From Candidatus Poribacteria bacterium (GTDB lineage Bacteria; Poribacteria; WGA-4E; WGA-3G): DNA of 64,000 nucleotides. The translations under genes and the position numbers were made by a program. The stretch covers positions 32,633 to 96,632 of the forward strand of contig JAGFCB010000022.1 of NCBI GenBank assembly GCA_022394775.1, given 5' to 3'. Positions 49,326 to 59,520 of this stretch are shown piece after piece (positions within the stretch are counted from its first letter, which is position 1; each line of letters opens with the position of its first letter). The notes under the pieces were generated by a model. It saw only the letters and a program-made list of their open reading frames with translations. It made no database searches and was not told where the DNA came from.

Positions 49326-50483
49326 TTACGGATCAATTTGCTTAAAGAACTGCTTTTGACCGTCTTTGATGGTGAAGATTACCGCACTTTTGGTGGGATG
49401 ACGGTTTTCGCTATAACTGGCGACCCGCGTTGCGCCGATGTAGTTCTCAGTAGCAGCGAGTTGCTTACGTATCTCTTCGGGGTCGAGGCTGCCGGCACGT
49501 TCAACGGCTTCAAAGAGCAGTTTAACAGCGTCGTAACTGACAGCGACACCGCCGGTGGGTGTGGATTCATAGACAGATTCATAAGTGTTGACAAATGCTT
49601 GCGCGTTCGGTTCATCTGTGTCTGGCGAGAAGTGTCCACTGAAAAAACTGCCTTCTATTTCGGCGTTTTCGTTATCAAATAGGAGTTCGCTATCCCACGC
49701 GTCTGCGCCGAGGAAGATCGTAGGGTCTCCATTAGTGCTTTGTAATGGAATTGCCCGTGCCTGTTGTGTTATGAGCGATACATCTTGAACAAAACCGGAT
49801 GTGAAAAGGACATCGGGCTTTGCGGCTGCGATGTTCGTGAGTTGTGCTGTAAAGTCTGAGGTATCTCCTTCATAAAATTCGTGGGCGACGATCTCGCCAC
49901 CGAATTTGCTGAAATTGCGTGCGAAGAATTCGGAAATACCTTCAGTGTAAAGATCACCGCTTCGTGTGATGATAGCAGCGGTGGAAGTGCCGAGGTCCGA
50001 TTTGGCAAACTGTGCCATGACCGCCCCTTGAAAACTATCTGTGAAAGATGCCATGAAGACGAAATTACCGGCGTTGGTTACGTTTGGGTTGGTTGCTGTT
50101 GTGGTAATCATCGGGATTCCGTACTGCTGTGCTATCGGTCCTACGACAACGGCGTGAGAAGAGCGGTTGGGTCCGATGAGTGCGATGATTTTCTCTTCAA
50201 CGATGAGTTGCTCCGCGATTTGGATGGAGGCTTCCGGTCCTGCTTCTTTGTTAATATGTCCAATCAATTCGACGGGTGTGCCAAGCAGTCCGCCGCGTTG
50301 ATTAATTTCCGTGACAGCCATCTCTGCGCCGTTTGGATAGGTAACGCGTTCACCGGCGACGACAAACCCGATTTTGAGGGTTTCTGATTGTTGTTGAGGT
50401 GTAACAATTTGTTGCGCCTTATCACACCCGATTGATATTGCAAGTAGGACGCTAAAACTAATGAGTGCTAAGAATTTTTGCAT
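49326..50483 (-). CDS. Branched-chain amino acid (LivK-type) ABC substrate-binding lipoprotein
   Basis: Lipobox SIGC; AVTEINQRGGLLG, DSFQG, DFTAQLT, YDAV. Confidence 0.88.
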   Translation of the reverse strand: MQKFLALISFSVLLAISIGCDKAQQIVTPQQQSETLKIGFVVAGERVTYPNGAEMAVTEINQRGGLLGTPVELIGHINKEAGPEASIQIAEQLIVEEKIIALIGPNRSSHAVVVGPIAQQYGIPMITTTATNPNVTNAGNFVFMASFTDSFQGAVMAQFAKSDLGTSTAAIITRSGDLYTEGISEFFARNFSKFGGEIVAHEFYEGDTSDFTAQLTNIAAAKPDVLFTSGFVQDVSLITQQARAIPLQSTNGDPTIFLGADAWDSELLFDNENAEIEGSFFSGHFSPDTDEPNAQAFVNTYESVYESTPTGGVAVSYDAVKLLFEAVERAGSLDPEEIRKQLAATENYIGATRVASYSENRHPTKSAVIFTIKDGQKQFFKQIDP

Positions 50484-50826
50484 GATGATAAATTCCTTGT
50501 AAAAATGATTTCTTTTGTTTATGATATTTGATACAATGTTTTCAATCGTGTCGGAACAGCCACAAGCGGCAATGACATCTCAATGCACATGAAAACTATG
50601 TAATGCGACCTCTTAGGTTCGTATAGTACATAATATAATATTAAACATTAAAAATAAACAAGTCAATTTGACAGGATTTACGCAACCCCTCTCCAGGCGA
50701 GGTTTAAAACCTCGCTTGCGGCGTACGGGTTGTAGGTTCTCCTTAGGAATTGGGTAAGCCCTATTTGAGATAAGACGCAGCGGTTATCGGTTGTTCTTAA
50801 GTGCTGATAGCTGCCTGCCATTTATT

Positions 50827-51585
50827 ATGGAAAATTTGATTACAGTGATTGGTCGCGGGCACTCTGGGACGCGTGCCATTTCGCATACGTTATACGCCAG
50901 TGGCGTTTTTATGGGGAGTCAGTTGAACCCTTCCGGCGATAAGATTCCACCGCACGCGATGTATGATGCGTGCCGAGTGATGGCACAATATGTTAAGTGG
51001 GAAGGTGGGCTTTCGTGGGATTTTGATCCATTATTTAGGATGCCGATTGATCCAGCGTTTGAGAAGCTTATCAATACCTACCTTGAGGATGTGCTGAAGA
51101 GTCCGGCACCTCACAAAGGCTGGAAGATTCCAGAGACGACGCTTGTCTACCCGTGGATAATTCGGATGTTTCCAGAGATGAAATATATCCACTGGATTCG
51201 GGATCCGCGAGATTGTATTCGGGGCAGCCACAAAACGGATGACCTTCGGGATTTCGGGGTTGCGTATTCTGAAACGGACGACATTTATGAGCGGCGCGCG
51301 ATTTCTTGGATCTATCAATATAAACTCATGCAAGCGACACCGATGCCCAAGCATGTTATTCAGATCCGTTTTGAGGATTTTGTTTTGGATCAGGAACGGA
51401 CACTTAAGGAACTTGAGGCGTTTTTAGGTATCCCGTTGGGTAGGATTATCGTGCGTCCTGACGCAGTGGATCGGTGGAAAAAAGATGTCGCAGAATTGGA
51501 GCCCGGTGCGTCGTTACCGCACTACGAATTTGAGTTTCTGAAAAAAGCAATCGTTGAAAACGGTTATCCTTTAACAGCAACCTAA
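50827..51585 (+). CDS. Sulfotransferase family protein
   Basis: PAPS-binding GRGHSGTR, GWKIP, WIRDPRD, IRFED. Confidence 0.85.
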   Translation: MENLITVIGRGHSGTRAISHTLYASGVFMGSQLNPSGDKIPPHAMYDACRVMAQYVKWEGGLSWDFDPLFRMPIDPAFEKLINTYLEDVLKSPAPHKGWKIPETTLVYPWIIRMFPEMKYIHWIRDPRDCIRGSHKTDDLRDFGVAYSETDDIYERRAISWIYQYKLMQATPMPKHVIQIRFEDFVLDQERTLKELEAFLGIPLGRIIVRPDAVDRWKKDVAELEPGASLPHYEFEFLKKAIVENGYPLTAT

Positions 51586-51591
51586 CAGAGA

Positions 51592-51675
51592 CAGGACTTA
51601 CGCATTTTTCTATGATAGCTATGTATTACGCACTGCAGGGTTAAAAACCCTGCAAGGGGAGCTGCGTAAGCCCTA
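51592..51675. mobile_element. MITE-like element CAGGACTTACGCA...TGCGTAAGCCCTA with central hairpin
   Basis: TIRs enclose TGCAGGGTT-AAA-AACCCTGCA. Confidence 0.6.
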
Positions 51676-51691
51676 AGAGAAAGGAAGAATT

Positions 51692-52711
51692 ATGTCAACT
51701 ACTTATCGTGTTGGACTTGTCGGGACAGGTGGAATTGCCAATGCCCACGGTAACGCGTGTCAACAAGCACCGAGTGCTGAATTGGCGGCGATCTGTGATG
51801 TGTCGGAAAATGCGTTAGCCAATTTCGGTGAAAGGTTTGATGTAGCACCTGAGCACCGGTATCTTTCGTTAGAAGAGATGTTAGACGCTGAGAACTTGGA
51901 CATCGCTGTTATTTGTACGTGGGGTGCCTTCCACGCGGAGGTCGGTATCCAACTTTCAGAATCCCGGCAAGTTAAGGCGATTTTGTGCGAAAAGCCGTTT
52001 ACGTCAACGGCAGCAGAGGCGGAAGCGTTCGTTGGTGCAGCACAAGAGAACGGTGTTCTGGTAGCGGAAGCGTTTAAATTTCGGCACCATCCGATGCATA
52101 TCAAGGCGAAAGAATTAGTGGATTCAGGCGCGATCGGGGAGTTTATGACGCTCCGCAGCACGTTCTGTACGGGTGGCGGTGGCGGCGGTCCTGAAGCGCG
52201 CAAACCTGAGGCGAATTGGCGGTTTAACAAGGCAAAAGGAGGCGGCAGTATTTATGATCTGGCGTGCTACAATATCCACCATGCGCGATTTATGTTTGGT
52301 GCTGAACCGATTCGGGTGTCAGGTGCGTCTCAAGCCGGGTTAGAAGTAGATGATGGTTCCTATCTACTGTTAGTGTTTCCCGGTGAGCGGACTGCGCAGA
52401 TTTCTACCGGTTTTAATTGTGCGGGTGGACAGTATGCCGAAATGGCTGGACTCGGTGGTATGCTCAGAATTGAGACAGCGTGGAACAATGAAAATTCTCC
52501 TGTGAATATTGTTTTACAGAACCGCGAGGGTCATCAAGTGATCGATTTTGAACCGTGTTTCCAGTTTGCCTTACAATTGGAGCACATGTGCGAAGTTTTA
52601 ACAACAGGTAAACCGCACCGAATCTCACCGGAAAGTTGCGTGAATCAGATGCGCGTCATTGATGCCGCTTTTGAAGCGATGGCGACCGGAAGGACGGTCG
52701 AATTAGGATAG
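51692..52711 (+). CDS. Gfo/Idh/MocA family oxidoreductase
   Basis: GLVGTGGIA, LCEKP, GGGSIYDLACY. Confidence 0.92.
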   Translation: MSTTYRVGLVGTGGIANAHGNACQQAPSAELAAICDVSENALANFGERFDVAPEHRYLSLEEMLDAENLDIAVICTWGAFHAEVGIQLSESRQVKAILCEKPFTSTAAEAEAFVGAAQENGVLVAEAFKFRHHPMHIKAKELVDSGAIGEFMTLRSTFCTGGGGGGPEARKPEANWRFNKAKGGGSIYDLACYNIHHARFMFGAEPIRVSGASQAGLEVDDGSYLLLVFPGERTAQISTGFNCAGGQYAEMAGLGGMLRIETAWNNENSPVNIVLQNREGHQVIDFEPCFQFALQLEHMCEVLTTGKPHRISPESCVNQMRVIDAAFEAMATGRTVELG

Positions 52712-52944
52712 CAGATTTTAATAGTTATCGGTTGTCGGTTATCAGTGTGTGGCGGTTGTGTTCGTTTCGTCTGCTACAAGCAACTCTTAACCGATAACTG
52801 AAACTATGGTAAATTTTAGAATTACTTTTCCATCTTCTGCAAGCACAAACCCCCCTTGGGGAAACACCCAGCAACCCCCCCTATCAGAGGGGAATTGGGT
52901 CACTTGTAGATATCAATATATTTTTCTTATTCACCATATTTATT

Positions 52945-53640
52945 ATGACGAATTTCGCGACGACAAAAGCACTTACGTTTGACCTGTTCGGTACAATCTT
53001 GGATTTAGGTGGTAGTCTGACACCGTTCATCGCTGAATCGCTGGATGCTCGTTCTGCTGATATATCGGCGGATAATTTTTGGGAGCAGTGGCGTTACAGG
53101 CAGCGAATTGAGCAGTACCAAGACACGATTACGATGCTCGGACATAGCGGCTATTTGGAAACGGTGCGGCGCGCTTTGCACTACACACTGAGACGCAACG
53201 GTATTGATGCCTCATCCGAAACAGTGCAAGCGTTTATGCGTGGTTGGCAGCAGCTTTCTCCATTTCCAGAGGTTTTGGCTGCGCTTTCGCAGCTACAGTC
53301 TCGGTATCAGTTAGTGGTATTGTCTAATGGGGATCCATCGTTTTTAGACTATCTCGTTACAGAACGGGTCGTATGGGATTTTGACGATGTAATCTCAGTT
53401 ACATCGGTAGGCGCGTTTAAACCGCATCCGGCGGTCTATCGTGGAGCTGCAGGCAAGTTAGGACTTGAGGTCAATGAGTGCCTCATGGTCTCTGCGAATT
53501 CGTTTGACATCATGGGGGCGCGGGCGTGTGGCTATAAAGGGGCATTTGTCAACCGTTATGAATTGCCATACGAAGATACGCCGTATCAACCTGATGTAAC
53601 GGTAAGGGATTTTACGACATTAGCAGACGCCCTATTGTAA
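52945..53640 (+). CDS. Haloacid dehalogenase type II (HAD)
   Basis: FDLFGTILD, LSNG, FKPHP, VSANSFD. Confidence 0.9.
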   Translation: MTNFATTKALTFDLFGTILDLGGSLTPFIAESLDARSADISADNFWEQWRYRQRIEQYQDTITMLGHSGYLETVRRALHYTLRRNGIDASSETVQAFMRGWQQLSPFPEVLAALSQLQSRYQLVVLSNGDPSFLDYLVTERVVWDFDDVISVTSVGAFKPHPAVYRGAAGKLGLEVNECLMVSANSFDIMGARACGYKGAFVNRYELPYEDTPYQPDVTVRDFTTLADALL

Positions 53641-53832
53641 ACAGTATTTCTTTTTCTTCAGGATCTACGCAAGCAGTATCCCCAATATTTTACCCTTGTT
53701 CCGCCTTATCAGGTGGGCTTTATAGTAAAACCCGTAATTATTTTTACAGCAGCGGGGTTACAAACCCCGCCAGCAGAGGGATGGGGCCTTGTTCTCTTAT
53801 CAGGTGAATTTTAAGAAGCAGTGCGTTGTTTC

Positions 53833-56718
53833 CTACTTCATAATCACCATTTTCTGGGTTGCTGTGAAGTCCCCTGCTGTTAATGTATAGAAATATACGC
53901 CGCTTGCAACGAGCTCACCGAGCGCGTTTTTGCCATCCCAATACGCAGCACGTGTCCGATCGTGATAGATCCCTAACGGCTGATGTCCAAGTTCTAAAGT
54001 TCGCACTCTTTTTCCATCTGCTGTATGGATAGTAAGCGTGACATCTGTAGGTGTTGCCAACTGATAGGGTATCCATGTCTCTGGGTTGAATGGATTTGGG
54101 TAGTTGGGAAGCAGTGCGGTCTCTTGCGGTGTTAGTGCTGCGAGGAGTTGTTGGAGCATTAAAATGCCGCGTTGGAAGGTTGGGTCTACGAGTCCGACTT
54201 GTTGTGCTTCACGGATCCACTGTTGTACATCTCTTCTTGTGAACGGAATTGTCATATTGCTTCTCCACGCTGCTGGTGCGGTTGCGGTGTCGGTTATTGC
54301 ACCAGCGACCAAAGTAAGGTCAACGATATTGACAATCCCATCTCCATTGACATCCGCTAAATTTTCACCTGTCTGCGAAAAGTTTGAGGCGACGCGTACC
54401 AAGTCTTGGACGTTTACGACCCCATTGCCATCGACATCCCCGAGTAAAAGTGACGGTGTTGTTATTTGTCCGGTTTTAACGCGCGCGTAGGAAATCCGAC
54501 CTGCACTATCCGTGAAGAGTACATCAGATAACGTTAGCATAGATGCCTTAGGAGCGATGACCTCAAACGTGAGGGTAACGAGTGTCCCAGAACCGCTGGC
54601 TTCGCCAGCAAGAGATGTCGCCGCAAGTATTACTCTATTCTCTGTAGCAAGAACAGGTATCGCGAACGCGTCCGATAACAGATAGTCGCCATTTGTACTT
54701 TCAAGATAACGGATGGCAGCGGGATCAAACCGGATGGTTAATTGATAACCTGCCACAGCATTTCCGTCTGCGATACTGAGAGAAAATGTTAATTGTTCGC
54801 CGATAGCGGGTGATTGTACTGGCGATGGCGAAAAACTCACGGTTGCGTACATATTGGTTGGCGGCGTAAAGTTCCACAGGAGCACTGTGCCATCTAAGCT
54901 CCCACTTGCGAGCATGTTTCCATCAGGACTGAATGCGTTGTTTAAGACTCCACTTGTGTGTCCAGTGAGTGTTTGAACCTGTTCACCAGAGATCGTATCC
55001 CACAGCCCGATGGTATCATCTAAACTTGCACTTGCGAGCGTATTCCCATCAGGACTGAATACGAGGTTAAGGACATAATCCGTATGTCCCGTAAGCGTCT
55101 GTTTGTGTTCACCGAAGGCGGCATCCCATAGGCGGATGGTGCCATCGTCACTCCCACTCGCAAGTGTAACACCATCAGGGCTGAAGGCAACGCTTCTGAC
55201 ATAATCCGTGTGTCCAGTGAGTGTCTGCAGATGCTGTCCGGAGCCAACATTCCATAGATGAATGGTGCCATCAGCGTTGCTGCTTGCGAGTGCATTTCCA
55301 TCAGGGCTGAACGCGAGGCCTAAGACGGCATTTGCATCCTTAATGAGTGTCTGCTGATGTGCACCTGTGGTAGCATTCCATAAGCGGATAGTGCCATCTA
55401 AACTGCCACTTGCGAGCGTCCGCCCATCAGGACTAAACGCAATATCTCTGACGGCATCTATATGTCCGGTGAGTGTTTGCAGGTGCTGCCCGGCGGTAAT
55501 ATCCCATAGACGAACAGTACCGTCGTCCCCCGCACTTGCGAGTGTATTCCCATCAGGGCTGAAGGCAACCGCCCTGACCCAATCTGTATGTCCGGTCAGG
55601 ATCTGCTGAGATACACCGGAGGTAGCATCCCACAGATGCACTGTGCCGTCCGCGCTCCCACTTGCAAGTGTTTCTCCATCCGTACTAAATGCAACGCCAC
55701 CGATATAATCCGTATATCCTGTCAGTGTTTGTCTGATGCCCCCAAAGACAGCATCCCGTAGGAGGACTGTCCCCTCTGCGCCAGCACTCGCGAGGGTTCC
55801 GCCGCTCGAGTTGAATGCGACGCTCAGCACAGTGCGCGTATGTCCGGTGAGTGTCTGCTGATGCTGCCCTGAAGTCGTATTCCACAAACGGATAGTGGTA
55901 TCAGCACTGCCACTTGCGAGTGTATTCCCATCAGGGCTGAAGGCTATACCTAAGACAGCCCCCGTATGTCCAGTCAATGCCCGTTGCAGCACGCCAAAAG
56001 TAGCGTGCCATAAGCGAATGGTGCCATCCCTGCTCGCGCTTGCGAGGTTCCCAGCAGTTGCATTGAAAGCGACACTATAGACAGCGTCCGTATGCCCTGT
56101 TAATACCCGTTGTTGTTCCCCGGAGGTGACGTTCCACAGCCGGATAGTACCGTCAGCACCACCACTGGCAAGGGTTCCGCCAGTTGCATTGAAAGCGATG
56201 CTGTAAACAGCATCCGTGTGTTCTGAGAATGTCTGTTGTTGTTCACCTGTGGTAGTATTCCATAAATGAATAGTGCCATCAGCACTGCTACTGGCAAGGG
56301 TCAGATTATCCGTGCCAAAAGCGACGCTATAAACAGTATCCGTGTGTCCTGAGAATGTCCGTTGATGTTCGCCTGTAGCGGTGTTCCACAGATGGACGGT
56401 ACCATCCCAACTACCACTTGCGATCATGGTGTTATCGGAACTGAATGCGATACTGCTGGCCCCCTCTGTATGTCTCGTGAGGAGTGCCACTTCCTCAGAA
56501 GTCTGTGTATTATAGAGCCAAATACCGATAGAGGTTGCGACTGCCAAACGTGTGCCATCTGGCGAATACTTTAGTTCGCTGATCCACCCTTTACCGAGGC
56601 GTGCTTTTGCACCTTGCGGTAAATTGAATGCTGAAGACACTTGGGCAAAACTGTTCAGTGGGTATGTGCTTAAAAAGATAAATAACGTCAAAAAAATCGA
56701 AAGTAGTATTTTTTTCAT
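53833..56718 (-). CDS. Secreted WD40 + cohesin + dockerin + FlgD/CTD protein
   Basis: Start MKKILL; about 13 WD40 units; cohesin-like AGYQLTIRFDP...GTLVTLTFEV; dockerin-like GDVDGNGVVNVQDL / ADVNGDGIVNIVDL; NYPNPFNPETWIPY tail. Confidence 0.9.
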   Translation of the reverse strand: MKKILLSIFLTLFIFLSTYPLNSFAQVSSAFNLPQGAKARLGKGWISELKYSPDGTRLAVATSIGIWLYNTQTSEEVALLTRHTEGASSIAFSSDNTMIASGSWDGTVHLWNTATGEHQRTFSGHTDTVYSVAFGTDNLTLASSSADGTIHLWNTTTGEQQQTFSEHTDAVYSIAFNATGGTLASGGADGTIRLWNVTSGEQQRVLTGHTDAVYSVAFNATAGNLASASRDGTIRLWHATFGVLQRALTGHTGAVLGIAFSPDGNTLASGSADTTIRLWNTTSGQHQQTLTGHTRTVLSVAFNSSGGTLASAGAEGTVLLRDAVFGGIRQTLTGYTDYIGGVAFSTDGETLASGSADGTVHLWDATSGVSQQILTGHTDWVRAVAFSPDGNTLASAGDDGTVRLWDITAGQHLQTLTGHIDAVRDIAFSPDGRTLASGSLDGTIRLWNATTGAHQQTLIKDANAVLGLAFSPDGNALASSNADGTIHLWNVGSGQHLQTLTGHTDYVRSVAFSPDGVTLASGSDDGTIRLWDAAFGEHKQTLTGHTDYVLNLVFSPDGNTLASASLDDTIGLWDTISGEQVQTLTGHTSGVLNNAFSPDGNMLASGSLDGTVLLWNFTPPTNMYATVSFSPSPVQSPAIGEQLTFSLSIADGNAVAGYQLTIRFDPAAIRYLESTNGDYLLSDAFAIPVLATENRVILAATSLAGEASGSGTLVTLTFEVIAPKASMLTLSDVLFTDSAGRISYARVKTGQITTPSLLLGDVDGNGVVNVQDLVRVASNFSQTGENLADVNGDGIVNIVDLTLVAGAITDTATAPAAWRSNMTIPFTRRDVQQWIREAQQVGLVDPTFQRGILMLQQLLAALTPQETALLPNYPNPFNPETWIPYQLATPTDVTLTIHTADGKRVRTLELGHQPLGIYHDRTRAAYWDGKNALGELVASGVYFYTLTAGDFTATQKMVIMK

Positions 56719-56930
56719 TATGAGATATAGATGCTCCAATGTTTGGCGGCCGTAGTGTGTTTGCATACAGGTTAGAAACTATTTTTTTTAGTATGCCACG
56801 AAAATAGTTGTTAGTTTTTAGTACGCTTCGCTTTAGGTTATAAGTTAAGAGCACTTCGTAACAACTCTCACTGCGAGGCACTCTTAACTTATAACTTATG
56901 ACTTATAACTATTTAGTGTTTGCGGTAGAT

Positions 56931-57767
56931 TTAGGACCAGACGAACACTTCGTTATCGTCGGGAGAATACCCGATAAAAACCGCCAAGACGATTCTGGCG
57001 CGCGTGCCTTGTACGGGCGGCACTTCATGGATACACCGCGTGTTGAAGAAATAGAGATCACCTTGCTGCAGATCGACCTGATAGTTTTCTATCCCATTTT
57101 CAGCGGCATACCTGTCAAAGGTTTCCTCAGCGATATGGGGTTGAATTTCCTCTGACCAGAGACACCGATGTAGGATGGCTTGCGTGCCTTTTCCGTTTTC
57201 GTCGGCGTTTTGGACGCATAGCACGCCTGCAAACTGGTGCTCAAAGCGATACACTTCATAATTGGTGCGCTGTTCGCGGTACTTGACGTGATCGATGTGT
57301 GGCTTGTAACTATGCGTCTCGTAATGGACTCTGAAGATGGCGGGACCGTAGCGTGCGCCATCGGGTTCCCGCGCAGTTTTTACTTCTTTTCCTGGTGAGA
57401 GTGTAGCAAGCGAGTCGTAGATGAGGTCAACAGGGTTATCAAATCCGTCAAATAGGAAGCTAAAGAGGTGTTCTGTCGCTTCGGCGTGTGCCAAAAATTT
57501 TGCCTTATCACTGCCACGGTTACCGAGGCTGGTGCCGATGTCAATACGGGTGCGTCTGTCAATTGAGTTAACATCGGCTTCATCGCGCATCAAGCCCATA
57601 TTTGTGAACCGATCAATGAGTCCGTGGCACTGGGTGGGAGAGTAGGCGTTTCGGAGAATGATGGCAGGCACTTCCGCTTGGGAGAGGGCATAAATTGGAT
57701 CGCTATAGGTTTGGCAAACCGTTTCAAGATCGGGCTCCGCTGGGAACCAGTTGTTTATGGGATTCAT
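56931..57767 (-). CDS. 2OG-Fe(II) oxygenase superfamily protein
   Basis: HID, LQQGDLYFFN..IHEV and distal R; SD GGAGG precedes ATG 57767. Confidence 0.7.
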   Translation of the reverse strand: MNPINNWFPAEPDLETVCQTYSDPIYALSQAEVPAIILRNAYSPTQCHGLIDRFTNMGLMRDEADVNSIDRRTRIDIGTSLGNRGSDKAKFLAHAEATEHLFSFLFDGFDNPVDLIYDSLATLSPGKEVKTAREPDGARYGPAIFRVHYETHSYKPHIDHVKYREQRTNYEVYRFEHQFAGVLCVQNADENGKGTQAILHRCLWSEEIQPHIAEETFDRYAAENGIENYQVDLQQGDLYFFNTRCIHEVPPVQGTRARIVLAVFIGYSPDDNEVFVWS

Positions 57768-57786
57768 GGTAACCTCCGTCACTTTA

Positions 57787-59463
57787 CTAAGAGAACCGTG
57801 ATTCAGACTGAACCTCTGAAGGGCGTTTTTGCATAACAGGAATAACATAACTGCGAATGGTCAGTCCATCCAAGATGTCTGTTTCTAATTGCGGCTTGGG
57901 GTTTTCTCGATAATCGAAGACGACATAATAGCCTTCCATTGCCCCTTCGGACTTCAGGTATGCGGCGAGCTGATGCTTTCCTACCTGATAGTGTCGTTCG
58001 TTTCGCCATACCTTTGTTTCGATGATGTATTGCTGTCTGTTGTGTGAGATGATAATATCTGCTCTGCCTCTACCTGTAGGAACTTCTAACCGTATTGTAG
58101 CGTGTACAATTTTGACGAATTCATCAAGATAGGCGAACAGAAGGTATTGTCCGACGAATTCCTTTGGTGTATCGGGAACCTGTAATATTCTGAAGCCCGC
58201 GCGTGCGATGAAATTCTTGAAGTTGTTGAGGAGTGTATGCATCTGGATCCGTCCGGTTGCTGCGATGTATCCTGTAAAGTCAATGGGTCCTTCTTCTGGG
58301 AAGTATTGGTTTTCAAGTCCATTGATGAGAGGTCTAAGGGCTTGGATGATGCAATGGAGATAGATAGGATTGAGGATCTGGCACATTCCGTCTTCTCCTC
58401 TCACAATGATCCCATAAGTGGCGAGTTCACTAACGATTTCGTCATGTAGCGTGAAATTAATGCTGCTGCCATAAAAAGCGATTTGCATAAGCATTTTTTC
58501 AAAGCGTGGGTTTCTGCGGATATTTGTAATAAGATGCTCAATGTTGGTATTTCTTTCTTCGATCAGACGGGTATATGCTTGTGAGAAGTGGTGCATCTGA
58601 ATGGTGTCGGTTTTGGGTATGTCAAGTTCCGCTGTAAGAATCTGGGCGCACCTGTTAACAAGAAAGGGTTGCCCTGCGGTCTGTTTATGAAGTAAGTCAA
58701 TTACTTCCGATGCGAAGGCTTGTCCGACATCGTCGGTATACTGTGAGAGTAGTTCGCGGACTTGCGCCGCTGTGAAGTTTGGTAACGTGAATTCATCTTG
58801 TATATTGAAAGGTGAGATTGAGGAATCATAGTTTAATTGCGTTATGTTCTTAACGCCGACAATGCCGACACTGTAAGGGGATCGGATCTCGCGACCTGTA
58901 AGATATATCCGGCGGAGCGTATGGAGAAAATCACTGACGGTGGTTTGTGGGATACCGTCAAATTCGTCGATAATCAGAGCAAGGCGCGGCGGTACGCGTG
59001 TGGAAAGTTCGTCCATAAGCATACGTGGCAATTGCCGAAAGAAACGCCGCATTGCGGCGTGGCTGATCATTTGTGTATGCTCCAAAAATTGGAGGAGTTC
59101 CGGAGAAGGTATGAGGTTGTGGGATGCAAGCCCTTCCTCAATTTCCTCGCGAATATCTTCAAGGAGATCTGCGTAAAAAGCCTCAGGCGTATAATTTTTA
59201 TACATCTCAAAATTGAGTTGGATTGGGAAATAGGCACTTTCGTTTTTCACGAGTACCTTAAGAACTTCTTGGAAGAACGTGGTTTTGCCGCTCTGTCGCG
59301 GGGCGAACAGCACGATGTATCGTCCCTGTTTAACGCGGTTAATGTAATCAGCAAGTTCCTCGCTGCGCGCAACGACATAGTGATCCTTGGAATTGACGGG
59401 ACCTTGCGTTCCAAATTCTCTCACTGCTTTTCCCCTGCTTTTTGGGAGATGGCTTTCACTCAA
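57787..59463 (-). CDS. AAA ATPase fused to a C-terminal PD-(D/E)XK nuclease-like domain
   Basis: APRQSGKTT, IIDEFD, SPFNI, GQPFLV; C-terminal EVPTGRGRADI...IETK...QLAAYL. Confidence 0.85.
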   Translation of the reverse strand: MSESHLPKSRGKAVREFGTQGPVNSKDHYVVARSEELADYINRVKQGRYIVLFAPRQSGKTTFFQEVLKVLVKNESAYFPIQLNFEMYKNYTPEAFYADLLEDIREEIEEGLASHNLIPSPELLQFLEHTQMISHAAMRRFFRQLPRMLMDELSTRVPPRLALIIDEFDGIPQTTVSDFLHTLRRIYLTGREIRSPYSVGIVGVKNITQLNYDSSISPFNIQDEFTLPNFTAAQVRELLSQYTDDVGQAFASEVIDLLHKQTAGQPFLVNRCAQILTAELDIPKTDTIQMHHFSQAYTRLIEERNTNIEHLITNIRRNPRFEKMLMQIAFYGSSINFTLHDEIVSELATYGIIVRGEDGMCQILNPIYLHCIIQALRPLINGLENQYFPEEGPIDFTGYIAATGRIQMHTLLNNFKNFIARAGFRILQVPDTPKEFVGQYLLFAYLDEFVKIVHATIRLEVPTGRGRADIIISHNRQQYIIETKVWRNERHYQVGKHQLAAYLKSEGAMEGYYVVFDYRENPKPQLETDILDGLTIRSYVIPVMQKRPSEVQSESRFS

Positions 59464-59520
59464 AAACCATCAACGAAAAAAGCGGCAACTCTCAAGCTGA
59501 CTGCCAATTCACAGCCGCAA

